Assembly: GCA_965224705.1 (NCBI GenBank)
Contig: OZ245056.1
Location: 2,688,001 to 2,752,000, forward strand
Reading direction: 5' to 3'
Source: Spirochaetaceae bacterium
Lineage (GTDB): Bacteria; Spirochaetota; Spirochaetia; DSM-2461
DNA: 64,000 bases
This document shows positions 47,161-57,669 of this stretch, one piece after another. Both the position numbers and the translations under genes were made by a program. Position 1 is the first letter of the stretch. Every line of letters starts with the position of its first letter. Under the pieces are notes generated by a model that saw only the letters and a list, made by a program, of their open reading frames with translations, did no database searches and had not been told where the DNA came from.

Positions 47161-48482
47161 ATCAAAACAGGATTGTAGCTGGTTTCTTCAGAATTGATAT
47201 GGGTTTGATGCTGTGTGTTCCAGGCCTTATGCTGTTGGGAGTTGCTTTTATATATTCCAGTGGTGTGACATCTGAAGGAGTTCAGGTATCATCGGAGTGG
47301 ATCAAGCAGATCATATGGTCAGTAACAGGTCTGATTCTCATGACTGTATTCTCATGGATTGATTATCAGAGATGGAGAACATTGATCCTGCCGCTTTATG
47401 CCGGATTAATACTGACTCTGATTCTGGTTCTTCTGGTTGGAACGTATGTGAAAGGAGCACGTGCATGGCTGGGAATAGGTGGTATTGGCATCCAGCCATC
47501 AGAATTTGGAAAGGTGATTTTGATCATCATGCTGGCCTGGTGGTATGATGAAAGGGGTAGGGGAGTCTCCAGCCTGGGGCAATACTCAGGGGCCATCATC
47601 ATCACCTGTATTCCTGTCTTTTTAATTCTTCTCCAGCCGGATCTCGGGACCGCATTTGTATACATCCCCATACTTTTCACAATTTCATTCTTTGCTGATA
47701 TACGGTGGAATGTCCTTGTCTTTCCCCTGATTGTGGGCTTCCTGATCGTTCTTGGCGTCATTGGTTTTGCCTGGGACAAGCATGTATCTCGAATCCCCAA
47801 TGGTTTTTTCCGTATTTTTACGGATAAATCGCTGCTGCAGGTAACCATTTCCTCAATTTTAGTACTGGCTGGCCTGGCTGTTGCAGGCTGGTTCATTTTT
47901 TATCGCCGATATTTTCTTGGGTTATTGTATCTCCTTGGAATTGCAGCTGTATCATATATTGGCATCATTGGTGCCATCAAAGTCCTCCATGGATATCAAA
48001 TGATGAGATTTGTTGTGTTTCTCAATCCCCAGATTGATCCCCTGGGTGCTGGCTGGCATATTATTCAATCGGTTACGGCTGTGGGATCCGGAGGCCTCAG
48101 AGGGAAGGGTTTTCTCCAGGGAACACAATCGCATTATCAATACCTTCCAGAGCAGAGTACTGATTTCATATTTTCAATACTTGCAGAGGAAACAGGTTTC
48201 CTTGGAGGACTGATAGTCTTTATTCTCTTTTCAATCATCATAATAAGGTCTCTGCACATAGCCTATACCTCTCAAGATAAATTCGGAACTTACATTGCTG
48301 TTGGTATTGTTGCCATGACCGGTTTCCATGTAATTGAAAACATCGGGATGTCGATCGGTGTCATGCCCATAACTGGAATCCCCTTATTCTTCCTTTCCTA
48401 TGGGGGTTCTTCTCTGTGGACAGCCCTTATATCAATTGGACTGCTTCTATCCATACATATACGCCGTCGGCATAGGGTTTGA
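47157..48482 (+). CDS. rodA: SEDS protein RodA
   Basis: 'QPSEFGK', 'QPDLGT', 'LPEQSTDFIF', 'PITGIPLFFLSYGGSS'. Confidence 0.95.
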   Translation: MNQNRIVAGFFRIDMGLMLCVPGLMLLGVAFIYSSGVTSEGVQVSSEWIKQIIWSVTGLILMTVFSWIDYQRWRTLILPLYAGLILTLILVLLVGTYVKGARAWLGIGGIGIQPSEFGKVILIIMLAWWYDERGRGVSSLGQYSGAIIITCIPVFLILLQPDLGTAFVYIPILFTISFFADIRWNVLVFPLIVGFLIVLGVIGFAWDKHVSRIPNGFFRIFTDKSLLQVTISSILVLAGLAVAGWFIFYRRYFLGLLYLLGIAAVSYIGIIGAIKVLHGYQMMRFVVFLNPQIDPLGAGWHIIQSVTAVGSGGLRGKGFLQGTQSHYQYLPEQSTDFIFSILAEETGFLGGLIVFILFSIIIIRSLHIAYTSQDKFGTYIAVGIVAMTGFHVIENIGMSIGVMPITGIPLFFLSYGGSSLWTALISIGLLLSIHIRRRHRV

Positions 48483-48514
48483 TACATTCATTCCCATGGA
48501 CGAATCTTTATGAT

Positions 48515-49288
48515 TCATTGAACAGATTTAGCGTCTTCCCAATACGCATCCATGATGTCAATATTTGCAGGAGACATGGGGACTCCATCTGTAATCATCT
48601 GTTTCTCCACATGGCGGAAACGTTTTTCAAATTTCAGATTGCTTCGGCACAATGCAATTGCTGGATCTATTTTCAAATGTCTTGCATAGTTAACCACTGA
48701 AAAAAGAAGATCCCCAAGTTCTTCCTCCCTGTGATTTTCATCATCGGTATGCCTGATTTCCTCCAGTTCCTCCATTATTTTTCCTTCCGGACCCCGGTGA
48801 TCAGGCCAGTCAAAACCTTTTCTGGCAGCCCTGCGTTGAAGTATGCAGGATCGTTCAAGGGGGGGGAGACTGTCTGGAATACCATCAACAACGGATTCAT
48901 TCGGTTTGCCGTCACCTTCAATTTCAACCTTTATTCTCTCCCAATTCCTGAGAGCTTCCTTTGAATCTTTGACAACGGCATTGCCGAAAACATGGGGATG
49001 GCGGCGAATGAGTTTTGCATTGATCTCGTTGAAAACATCATCCAGGCTGAATTCACCCTGTTCTGCATACATCAGACCAATCATACAGATAATCAACAGT
49101 ACATCCCCCAATTCTTCTTTGACATGTTCGGGATCACTGGAATTGATGGCTTCCAGAGTTTCATACACCTCTTCCAGAAGAAGTGTTCTCATGCTTGAAG
49201 GAGTTTGTTCCTTATCCCAGGGACAGCCTTCAGGACCTCGAAGAGTTTTGATCGTTTCCAGGAAATTCGTGAAAGATTGAGAGCTCAT
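48515..49288 (-). CDS. mazG: Nucleoside triphosphate pyrophosphohydrolase MazG
   Basis: 'LRGPEGCPWDKEQT', 'EELGD' twice, 'KLIRRHPHVF', 'GFDW'. Confidence 0.96.
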   Translation of the reverse strand: MSSQSFTNFLETIKTLRGPEGCPWDKEQTPSSMRTLLLEEVYETLEAINSSDPEHVKEELGDVLLIICMIGLMYAEQGEFSLDDVFNEINAKLIRRHPHVFGNAVVKDSKEALRNWERIKVEIEGDGKPNESVVDGIPDSLPPLERSCILQRRAARKGFDWPDHRGPEGKIMEELEEIRHTDDENHREEELGDLLFSVVNYARHLKIDPAIALCRSNLKFEKRFRHVEKQMITDGVPMSPANIDIMDAYWEDAKSVQ

Positions 49289-49381
49289 GGTAATTATATT
49301 ACTTGATCATCCATAGTTGAGAAAGTCACGCAACCAGAATCCAGGTAGACAGAATATACATTATCGGAAGTTACGGCTGGA

Positions 49382-49660
49382 TTACCATTTCTCTGGAATA
49401 GACTTTAAGAATAAAAACACTCCAATAAACAAACATGCACCCAGGAACGCTGGTATGGCACTTGTAATCAGACCAAACTCGAACCCCAGGCGGTTCAGAA
49501 GCATGATTCCAAAGACACCTCCAAAAAAGGCACCACTCAAACTAATGAACCAGGATAGCCAGAATAATCTCCAGGAAAACCTGTAGCCCGTCAGTTTGAG
49601 AAAGAAGACGGTTATGAAAGCGCATACAAGGTAGGTAAATATCAGTATTAATTCTCTCAT
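49382..49660 (-). CDS. Small three-TM membrane protein
   Basis: Gly-rich hydrophobic helices 'GAFFGGVFG', 'IPAFLGA'; AAGGA RBS. Confidence 0.65.
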   Translation of the reverse strand: MRELILIFTYLVCAFITVFFLKLTGYRFSWRLFWLSWFISLSGAFFGGVFGIMLLNRLGFEFGLITSAIPAFLGACLFIGVFLFLKSIPEKW

Positions 49661-49684
49661 AATGTTCCTTGAACAAAAGATCTG

Positions 49685-50491
49685 CTATCGAGTTGATGTT
49701 GGAACACCAAGTTCAATCTTTCCAAGATGAATTGGAATACTGTTCAATGGCTGCAATGATTGCGGATCAATCCCGGTAGAATGCACCACCACTCCTATCT
49801 GTATTGGTATCGCTTCGTCCAGTTTATCATCAATATCGGTTAAAGGTATGGATCTTGATGTTTCTGTTGCTGTGTTATATATGGCCTGAGTGCTGGCTGG
49901 CTGATAATCAAGAAATCCTGCTGTACTTTTGTTGCGATAGAGATCAACGTCTGTATAATTATTGGAGTCGAATACCCAGTCATCAAAAGAAAGAAATGGA
50001 GAATCTGCACTATTGAAATCCACCACTCCTCGGGCAAGTTCCTGAACTGTAGAATTTTGGGGATCATCTTTATCGGTGTACGCAATCAGCTTCTTATTTT
50101 CATCGTATTCAATATAGACTGTTGTACCAGCCGCAACAGTGTTTTGATTGATGACAGGTTCGTCCAGAGTACTCCCATCTGCCTTACCCATCCTGAAGAA
50201 TCCCTGCTGCTTTGGAACAATTGAACCTGCCGGTACTTCATTATTATTGTATTGAGTGACATCATCAAACTTCTCTCTGTCCGGTTCCCCTACTGAGTCG
50301 TAATCCGAATTACCAGTGTAAACCTTGTAGTACAGGATGTATCCTGCGATGTTCTGATCATCCAGAGGTGTTTGAAAGGCTGCAGAGGTATCCAATCCAG
50401 TTTCAATGAAAGATGGAGACTCAATCGATTCAGAACTCGGTAAGCCACACCCGGATATAAGAATAAGGAACAAAAAACAATTCTTTCTCAT
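49685..50491 (-). CDS. Hypothetical lipoprotein
   Basis: 'MRKNCFLFLILISGC' lipobox; acidic mature region. Confidence 0.75.
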   Translation of the reverse strand: MRKNCFLFLILISGCGLPSSESIESPSFIETGLDTSAAFQTPLDDQNIAGYILYYKVYTGNSDYDSVGEPDREKFDDVTQYNNNEVPAGSIVPKQQGFFRMGKADGSTLDEPVINQNTVAAGTTVYIEYDENKKLIAYTDKDDPQNSTVQELARGVVDFNSADSPFLSFDDWVFDSNNYTDVDLYRNKSTAGFLDYQPASTQAIYNTATETSRSIPLTDIDDKLDEAIPIQIGVVVHSTGIDPQSLQPLNSIPIHLGKIELGVPTSTR

Positions 50492-50504
50492 GATAATCCC
50501 AAAT

Positions 50505-52889
50505 CTACATGCCTGACAGCAAATCTCCATCGTAGTCCAATAGCTCATAAATCGTTACAGGATTGGAACGGCCTTTGACGCGTATTTCATCCAATTCCCT
50601 GGCTATGAATGGCTCATGTTTTATTCGAGTCCAGGTATCCTCACTTATGATTATACTGGTCCCATACACTTTGTTGACACCTTCCAGACGACTTGCCAGA
50701 TTAACAGTATCTCCCATGGCTGTATAGTTCTTTCGCCCCTCACTTCCCATGTAGCCAACCATACAGGTTCCTGAATTCAATCCAATACCAATGTCAATTG
50801 TCAAACTATCTTCTCCGCGTTCTACCTGGATTCTTTCATTGAGTTTATCCAGCAGATATATTTGCATAACAGCACATCGACAGGCACGAACAGCATGATC
50901 ATCCTGGGAGCGCGGCGCACCCCAGAATGCCATAATGGCATCTCCGATGTACTTATCAAGAGTGCCATGGAAATCATTCACCAGATTATCCGTCATATCG
51001 GTCAAATAGTCATTCAGAAGCATAACCAATTCCTGTGCACTCAATCTCTCCGAAATTCGGGAAAAAGCTCGAATATCAGAGAAGAAAACCGTAACATCAA
51101 CATCCTCCCCTCCAAGTTCCGGCAGAGAGTTTGTAAGCTCTTCTACAATCGCCGGGGAGATGAATTGCCCAAAGACATTTTCAATCTGTTTCTTGTCCCT
51201 TTCGGCGGATAAAACCCGGTAGAGCACGACTGCAAGGTAGGTGAGCAGTACACCGAAAACAGGGTTGGCCCAGTCCAATGCCGTATTCCTGTATTCAAAT
51301 AACAGGGTAACTGCTAGAAATGAGATCAGAATGAAACTGAGCAAAACGGCGACTGACCAGCCAATGTTTTTCATGCGGGATGTTAACCAGGCAAAGAATA
51401 GAATCAAAACCAGCATGATAACATTGTTTGCCCATGCCGGTATCTGCCTGATGAAGTTATTCATTATGATGGTGTTGAGAGCATTAGCATGCACTTCAAC
51501 ACCAAACATAAGGCCCAGAGGAGTAATCTTTTCATCATCCGCCATACCTGAGGTAAAGGCACCGACCATCAAAATTTTATTGTTCAGCTTCTTTGTTTCA
51601 GACCATGTTTCAGGATCTGATCCACGGATGTTTTTAGCGTAGGCGGCATAGGAGCGTACAGGAAATGTCTGGACTCCGCCTGGATCGGATGATGATCGAA
51701 GTCCCATGAAATTGATACGCATGTTGCCATTCTCATCAATGGGAATGGTAATCTCATTCAATACCTGCATTCTCCGTCGACTGCCGAAACCGACAGGAAT
51801 GGTATATGGTTCCCATGTTTCTGTTTCAGAATTCCAGTTCATTGGATTGTTAATACGTATATGAGATCCATACTGGACATCCAGGTCATCCAGAGTTTTG
51901 TTGAAGTAATGCAGGGCCAGAGACAGGGTTACAGCAGGTATGAAGTGATCCTGATAGATGGAGACAATCCAGGAATTGTTCCCTGAGTTATCAATTCGGG
52001 GAATACCATTTTCAAGAAGATTCCTGTGCAGTGAAACAATCTGTTCTTCTGTAACAGGAAACTCAACCGTATGATTCCTTCCATTTTTATCAATCCAACC
52101 TAAATGCCCCCGGCCATTGAAATCAATATCTGGAACAGGTTCATTGCCAAAGGGAATCTCACCGATTTTCCTGCTATACCGTGCAACAAGCTGCTGTCTT
52201 CGATAGACTTTATCTTTATCTTCCCGGTATGACGCATGACCATAGGCATGGATTTTCTCGCCATATGGTACTAATGGGGATTCAATTCCGTAATATGGTA
52301 TGACACGGGATAAATCACCCTGAACATGCCGAATTTCACCATAGTTTTCAAGCAATGCATCAAATCGGGCGGCATGCTCTTCTTCCCTGCCTGTTGAGAA
52401 TGGGAGACCATGAAGTTGAGTCTGAAGAGCAACTCGCCCATGATCTTCCATTGTATCAAGAAGGATTGCATCCTCGAATGCTCTATCGGCAACTTCATTA
52501 ATCAGGATATCCAGAAGGACAATGGATTCTCGATCCTCCTGTTTTTTGATTCTTGAAAATGACTTCAAAAGGTCCGCATGGGTGGAGCGGGCAAAAGGCC
52601 ATCGTCCAAATACATCCAGCGTTCGAGAATCTATACCTATAATCAGTATATCCCTGGATATTTTGTGAGAACGCTGCTCCCTGATAACATTTTCCTGATC
52701 ACTTCTCTGGGTAAGGCTTTGTTTCAAAGTGAAGTGAAGGTCAATAATTCGAGTCTCAAGGTTTTCAGGTATATCTGTAAAATGATTAAAAAGGAATAAC
52801 ACACTGAAAACAATGAGTCCCTGAAAGAGGCTGAAAAATCTAATCGAAAAGAATGAGTTTGTCAGCAGCTTACTACTTCCCAAAATCAT
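50505..52889 (-). CDS. CHASE2-domain class III adenylate/guanylate cyclase
   Basis: 'IGID..TL..FGRWPF.RS.HA', 'GVEVHA', three TMs, 'FSDIRAF', 'DKYIGDAIMAFW', 'YTAMGDTVNLASRLEG'. Confidence 0.93.
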   Translation of the reverse strand: MILGSSKLLTNSFFSIRFFSLFQGLIVFSVLFLFNHFTDIPENLETRIIDLHFTLKQSLTQRSDQENVIREQRSHKISRDILIIGIDSRTLDVFGRWPFARSTHADLLKSFSRIKKQEDRESIVLLDILINEVADRAFEDAILLDTMEDHGRVALQTQLHGLPFSTGREEEHAARFDALLENYGEIRHVQGDLSRVIPYYGIESPLVPYGEKIHAYGHASYREDKDKVYRRQQLVARYSRKIGEIPFGNEPVPDIDFNGRGHLGWIDKNGRNHTVEFPVTEEQIVSLHRNLLENGIPRIDNSGNNSWIVSIYQDHFIPAVTLSLALHYFNKTLDDLDVQYGSHIRINNPMNWNSETETWEPYTIPVGFGSRRRMQVLNEITIPIDENGNMRINFMGLRSSSDPGGVQTFPVRSYAAYAKNIRGSDPETWSETKKLNNKILMVGAFTSGMADDEKITPLGLMFGVEVHANALNTIIMNNFIRQIPAWANNVIMLVLILFFAWLTSRMKNIGWSVAVLLSFILISFLAVTLLFEYRNTALDWANPVFGVLLTYLAVVLYRVLSAERDKKQIENVFGQFISPAIVEELTNSLPELGGEDVDVTVFFSDIRAFSRISERLSAQELVMLLNDYLTDMTDNLVNDFHGTLDKYIGDAIMAFWGAPRSQDDHAVRACRCAVMQIYLLDKLNERIQVERGEDSLTIDIGIGLNSGTCMVGYMGSEGRKNYTAMGDTVNLASRLEGVNKVYGTSIIISEDTWTRIKHEPFIARELDEIRVKGRSNPVTIYELLDYDGDLLSGM

Positions 52890-53584
52890 CCCCCCTTCAA
52901 TGATTGATTCTTGAGGAGTATTATGCGATTTCTGGAAAGATCTGTCCAACGGCTTCCAGGGTAGGCGGATATGATTTCATTGTACTTTTCCAGGGCACTA
53001 TCCACTTCATTGACACTTTCCGCAATCCGACCGAGATTAAAATAAACCTCAGGAATCAGTGGGCTGGTTTCTGCATACAATTCAATGATTTTGTAAAAAG
53101 TCTGCTCAGCATCCTCAATATTGCCTGCCTGTTCTTTTGCAGAAGCAGAATTAAAAAGACTGACAGGTGCCAGATAACTTTTTGGCCATCTCCTGGCAAG
53201 TTCATCAAAATCTTTGACTGCTCCCGCCCAGTTTTCTTCTTCATAGGCCATTTTGCTGCGTATAAACAATGCTTTCTGAGCTGCAAAATGCCGCGGATAC
53301 TCATCGAGAGCCCTATCGATCAAGGTATTTATTGAATCATTCTCTCTATCCTCAGCTTCCTCAAGGATCCAGTCATCATACAATTCCTGGATTTCTTCCG
53401 ATAATTCTGCTGAAGCGTTGCGCCTTTTTTCCTGAATGAAGCTTAAAATCATTATGCCAACCATAACAAGAATCATGCCTGCAATCACAATCGTAAAAAG
53501 CTTCCAATTTCTTGTGATTCCAGAATTAATACGTTCGCGCAGGGTGAGATCATTCCCTGCTTTTTGCTTTTTTTCATTTATCAT
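52886..53584 (-). CDS. Membrane-anchored TPR protein (YfgM-like)
   Basis: N-terminal TM and TPR-like repeats; ATGA overlap with the cyclase start. Confidence 0.75.
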   Translation of the reverse strand: MINEKKQKAGNDLTLRERINSGITRNWKLFTIVIAGMILVMVGIMILSFIQEKRRNASAELSEEIQELYDDWILEEAEDRENDSINTLIDRALDEYPRHFAAQKALFIRSKMAYEEENWAGAVKDFDELARRWPKSYLAPVSLFNSASAKEQAGNIEDAEQTFYKIIELYAETSPLIPEVYFNLGRIAESVNEVDSALEKYNEIISAYPGSRWTDLSRNRIILLKNQSLKGG

Positions 53585-54551
53585 TCCGTTTCTCCTCTGT
53601 GATTGATAATTCTTTCAGCATACGGGATAGATATGTCCTCTGTATTCCCAATGCCCTGGCTGTCCGTGTTCGATTGCCCCCATGCAGTTTCAACGATTCT
53701 CTTATTAGATTTTTCTTAAAGACTGTTACGGAATCCTTAAAAACTCTACCAGAATAATCGACAACATTTTTTTCTTCAATTATCAAATCATCAGGAGTAA
53801 TAATGGATTTCCCCTGACTTGAAATAACTGTTCGCTCAATAACATTCTGCAGTTCTCTAACATTTCCCGGCCAGCTATAGGTTAGCAAAAGTCCCAATGC
53901 TTCAATAGAGAATTCTGATGGTATATCTGGATTTTTTTCATGCTGCAGTTTCAGGAAATGCTGCAGAAAAACCTCAATATCCTCAGGCCGGTCTCTCAGG
54001 GGGGGAATCTCCAACACAAACACGGCCAGCCTGTAATACAGATCCTTGCGAAATCTGGATTTCCTCATAACGTTCTTTAAATCAACATTGGTTGCGGCTA
54101 TAATTCTCACATCAACTTTCGTTTGAAAACTCTCCCCAACTTTTTGAAGGAAGCCATCCTGGAGCACTCTGAGAAGCTTCGCCTGTACCGGGAGGCTGAG
54201 TTCTGCGATTTCATCGAGAAGAATACTGCCGCCATCGGCCTGTTCAAAGAAACCAGTTCTATCCTTGATTGAATCGGTATAGGCACCCTGAATAGAACCA
54301 AACAATTCGGACTCAATAAGATCACTGGGAAAGGCTGCACAGTTTACTCGAATAAAAGGCCCTGTTGGCCGCCGTGAATGAAAATGAATGTACTCAGCAA
54401 GGAGTTCTTTCCCGGTACCACTCTCCCCAAGGATCAAAACAGGAGAATCTGAACGGGCAAATTTCTTCGATTCAATCAGGAGCTTGCCTGTGCCAGGAGA
54501 TTTCCATAAGAAATTGCTTTTCTCAAATGTCCCGGAAGCGGCATGATGCAT
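53574..54551 (-). CDS. Sigma54-interacting (bEBP) AAA+ regulator with Fis HTH and no sensor domain
   Basis: 'GESGTGKE', 'ESELFG...GAYTD', 'LLDEI', 'WPGNVREL', 'GNRTRTARALGI'. Confidence 0.9.
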   Translation of the reverse strand: MHHAASGTFEKSNFLWKSPGTGKLLIESKKFARSDSPVLILGESGTGKELLAEYIHFHSRRPTGPFIRVNCAAFPSDLIESELFGSIQGAYTDSIKDRTGFFEQADGGSILLDEIAELSLPVQAKLLRVLQDGFLQKVGESFQTKVDVRIIAATNVDLKNVMRKSRFRKDLYYRLAVFVLEIPPLRDRPEDIEVFLQHFLKLQHEKNPDIPSEFSIEALGLLLTYSWPGNVRELQNVIERTVISSQGKSIITPDDLIIEEKNVVDYSGRVFKDSVTVFKKNLIRESLKLHGGNRTRTARALGIQRTYLSRMLKELSITEEKRNDK

Positions 54552-54568
54552 ACAGACAGCGGCCCCGG

Positions 54569-56266
54569 TTATTCACTCTTATCCTCAAGCATGTCTGCCA
54601 ATGTGTAAGAATCCTTGGAATCATCATTACCATCCATATATTTGGATATTTCAGCCTGTTCCTGCTTGAACTGAGCTTCCTTCATCGATAGAGAAAGCTT
54701 CTGTCTGGCCGGGTTTATTTCGATGATGGCAACTTCTACGACATCACCAATATGTATGGCGGCCAGTTTCTCATCTGAATTCGACTCCCTGGAAACAGGA
54801 AGGTTGTTTTTGTGGAGAAGGCCTTCAATATCTTCGTCCGTCTTCACAAAGGCACCAAACTCTGTCTTGCTTATGATTTCTCCCTTGATAATGGTTCCCA
54901 CAGGATACTTCTTCTGGAAACCAATCCAGGGATCATCACTCAACTGCTTGATCCCCAACCGTATTCGTCGATCTTGAGGGCTGACACTTATAACCACAGC
55001 CTCTATCTCTTCATTTTCAGTTAATACGCTTCCCACATTCCGGATCTTCCTTGTCCAGGATAGATCATCGGAGTGAAGGAATGCCTCTATGCCATCCTCC
55101 AGCTGGACAAAGGCTCCGGCATTGGTTATTTTCTTCACCAGCCATTTTCCCTTTGTACCAACAGGGTATTTCTTGTCAATTTCATCCCAGGGGTTGGGAA
55201 GAACCTGTTTGATTCCCAGCGAAATGCGTCCGTTTGGAACATCATAGCCAAGTATCATGGTCTCACACTCATCACCAATACTGAATATTTCATTGGGATG
55301 CTTAACACGTTTAATCCATGAGAATTCAGAGATGTGAGCCAGACCTTCAATTCCTTCCTCAAACTCAATGAAGGCGCCAAAATTTGTCATTTTTGTTACT
55401 CGCCCCTTCACAATCTGGTTCAAATGATACTTTTCTTCAAAAGTCGACCAGGGATCTGGCTGAAAATGCTTCAATGAAAGATTTATTTTCTTGTTCTCAT
55501 GATCAAGCCGTATTACTTTGAGTTTAATTTTTTCACCTTTCTTCACATAATCTCTAGGCCGGTTGACATGCCCCCAGTTCATATCATTCATATGGAGCAG
55601 TCCATCAAATCCCCCGAGGTCAATAAAGGCTCCGAAGGAGGTAAAGCTCTTGATAACGCCTTCCACTTCGTCACCAACATTGACTTGTTCAAAGAAGGCT
55701 TCCAGATTTTTTTCCGTTTCTCTTTCAAGCCAGAGACGCCGCGTGAGAACTATATTGACCTTACTCTCACTGAACAGACGGTCAATTATAAACGGTGATT
55801 CGAGTCCGATATAATCCTCAGGAGTTCCGATCCGCTGAATATCCATCTTGCTTATTGGGCAAAAAGCCTTCATATCATGTCCAAGGGATATCTCATAACC
55901 ACCCTTCACTGATCGGATGACTTTCCCGTTGACAGGCTCCTGGTTTTCAAAAGCTGCTTTGAGATTTTTCCAGAAAACCCTCATCTCTGCTTTTTTCTTT
56001 GATATGAGAATTTCACCACTTGAAGTTTCCCGCTGCAGGAGAACAACCTGAACAGAATCCCCATTAGTCGGGAGTTCGACAAATTCATCAATTGGAATTC
56101 TACCATCCGATTTCAGTCCGACATCCAGGTAGACAAACTCATTATCGATGTGAATTACAGTTCCCTCTATGAGTTCTCCTACTTTGACGTGTGAGAGGGA
56201 TTTCAGGAATTCTTCCTGAAGCTGGTCTTGACTGCTCTCCTGAGCGTTGGAATCCGAATCGGGCAT
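54569..56266 (-). CDS. rpsA: 30S ribosomal protein S1
   Basis: Six S1 repeats ('FGAFIDLGGFDGLLH', 'FGAFIE..GIEGLAHISE'); downstream of cmk. Confidence 0.97.
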   Translation of the reverse strand: MPDSDSNAQESSQDQLQEEFLKSLSHVKVGELIEGTVIHIDNEFVYLDVGLKSDGRIPIDEFVELPTNGDSVQVVLLQRETSSGEILISKKKAEMRVFWKNLKAAFENQEPVNGKVIRSVKGGYEISLGHDMKAFCPISKMDIQRIGTPEDYIGLESPFIIDRLFSESKVNIVLTRRLWLERETEKNLEAFFEQVNVGDEVEGVIKSFTSFGAFIDLGGFDGLLHMNDMNWGHVNRPRDYVKKGEKIKLKVIRLDHENKKINLSLKHFQPDPWSTFEEKYHLNQIVKGRVTKMTNFGAFIEFEEGIEGLAHISEFSWIKRVKHPNEIFSIGDECETMILGYDVPNGRISLGIKQVLPNPWDEIDKKYPVGTKGKWLVKKITNAGAFVQLEDGIEAFLHSDDLSWTRKIRNVGSVLTENEEIEAVVISVSPQDRRIRLGIKQLSDDPWIGFQKKYPVGTIIKGEIISKTEFGAFVKTDEDIEGLLHKNNLPVSRESNSDEKLAAIHIGDVVEVAIIEINPARQKLSLSMKEAQFKQEQAEISKYMDGNDDSKDSYTLADMLEDKSE

Positions 56267-56285
56267 GACTTCTCCCCAAGTTTAT

Positions 56286-56930
56286 CTATTTATTGTAGAC
56301 AGGCTGAATTAATTTCATAACTCTAATATACACTTCATCAATGGTCAAGAAGGAAGTATCCACAACTACTGCATCTTTGGCGATACGCAGCGAACCCTCT
56401 TCCTTATGAGTATCGCGAGCATCACGATCCTGGATGGATTCTTTGATTTCTGACAGACTCATGGTGCTGCTTCCCTGCCTGAATCTTCGCATTGCTCTGA
56501 CATCAGGATTCGCCGTGAGGTAGATCTTTACTTCGGCCTGAGGGAAAACAACTGTGGTCATATCCCGGCCTTCGGCAACAAGGGACAATCCCTTTCCTAT
56601 TCGGCGCAGATGTCTGTTTACAGCATGCCGAATGGGGACTATTGAGGACAGAACCGAAGACCAGTGATCAACTTGATCACTGCGGAGTCGACTCTCAACT
56701 TCTCTGCCATCCAGGTATAAACTATTATCAACGATATCCAGCCGGGCATGACCGGCTGTTTCGATGAGTTTCTCCTGCGATGAATTCTGCAGCCCCAGAT
56801 CAAGTATTTTCAAGGCGACAGCCCGGTAGAAGGCCCCTGAATTTAGATTGAAGAAACCCATTTCCCCTGCAATTCGGTGAGCCAGAGAACTTTTTCCCAC
56901 CCCCGCAGGACCGTCAATGGCGATAACCAT
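56286..56930 (-). CDS. cmk: Cytidylate kinase
   Basis: 'IAIDGPAGVGKS', 'SGAFYR', 'EGRDMTTVVFP.A..K', 'RDARD'. Confidence 0.96.
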   Translation of the reverse strand: MVIAIDGPAGVGKSSLAHRIAGEMGFFNLNSGAFYRAVALKILDLGLQNSSQEKLIETAGHARLDIVDNSLYLDGREVESRLRSDQVDHWSSVLSSIVPIRHAVNRHLRRIGKGLSLVAEGRDMTTVVFPQAEVKIYLTANPDVRAMRRFRQGSSTMSLSEIKESIQDRDARDTHKEEGSLRIAKDAVVVDTSFLTIDEVYIRVMKLIQPVYNK

Positions 56931-57669
56931 GAGCACTCTCTTTACGTTCATTTACCGATAAGAAGGCGGCAATTTCCCCGGACTTCAAATGCCTGAAATG
57001 TCCTGAGGCTATACCCTTGATATGGACAGGGCCTATTCGCACACGATGAACTTTCTTTATACTGACGGAGGCGGAAAGAAATACTCGCCGCAATTCTCTG
57101 TTCTTTCCCTCTGCTAAAACAATACTGACCGTTCGCGGGCCAGTAATTCTGGCTCTTACAGCCCTGTATTTCATCCCATCCACAGTGATTCCTGACAGGA
57201 AGCTTGTTATGAGATCTTCTGGAATCTGATTTTTTGTGGTTACGACGTATTCTTTCTCAATATTACAGGATGGATGTGTGAGCGTTCGTGCAAATTTCCC
57301 ATCATTCGTGTAAAAGATCAATCCGCTTGTCATGTAGTCCAGGCGGCCCACATTAAAAATCCTCTCCTTTACAGCAACATCCAGGAGACTCTTTGTCAGG
57401 GAACGGCCATACGGATCTTCATCAGAGCACAGAAATCCAGATGGCTTGTGAAGCACAATGTAAACCTTCCTCTTCTCGTCCCGGACTGGATGATTATCCA
57501 GCCTGACCTCATCATCAGGATTCACTCTGGTACCAGGCCGCGTAACAATCTGGCGGTTAACCATGACCCGGCCATCGGCAATGAATTCTTCACATTTCCG
57601 GCGGGAGCCCAATCCTGACCGGGCCAATCTAACCTGCAGTCTTATACTCCCTTCTTCATGCATCTTCAT
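56914..57669 (-). CDS. rluB: RsuA/RluB-family pseudouridine synthase
   Basis: S4 domain 'SRRKCE', 'VGRLD..TSGL...TNDG', 'EGKNRE.RR'. Confidence 0.88.
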   Translation of the reverse strand: MKMHEEGSIRLQVRLARSGLGSRRKCEEFIADGRVMVNRQIVTRPGTRVNPDDEVRLDNHPVRDEKRKVYIVLHKPSGFLCSDEDPYGRSLTKSLLDVAVKERIFNVGRLDYMTSGLIFYTNDGKFARTLTHPSCNIEKEYVVTTKNQIPEDLITSFLSGITVDGMKYRAVRARITGPRTVSIVLAEGKNRELRRVFLSASVSIKKVHRVRIGPVHIKGIASGHFRHLKSGEIAAFLSVNERKESAHGYRH

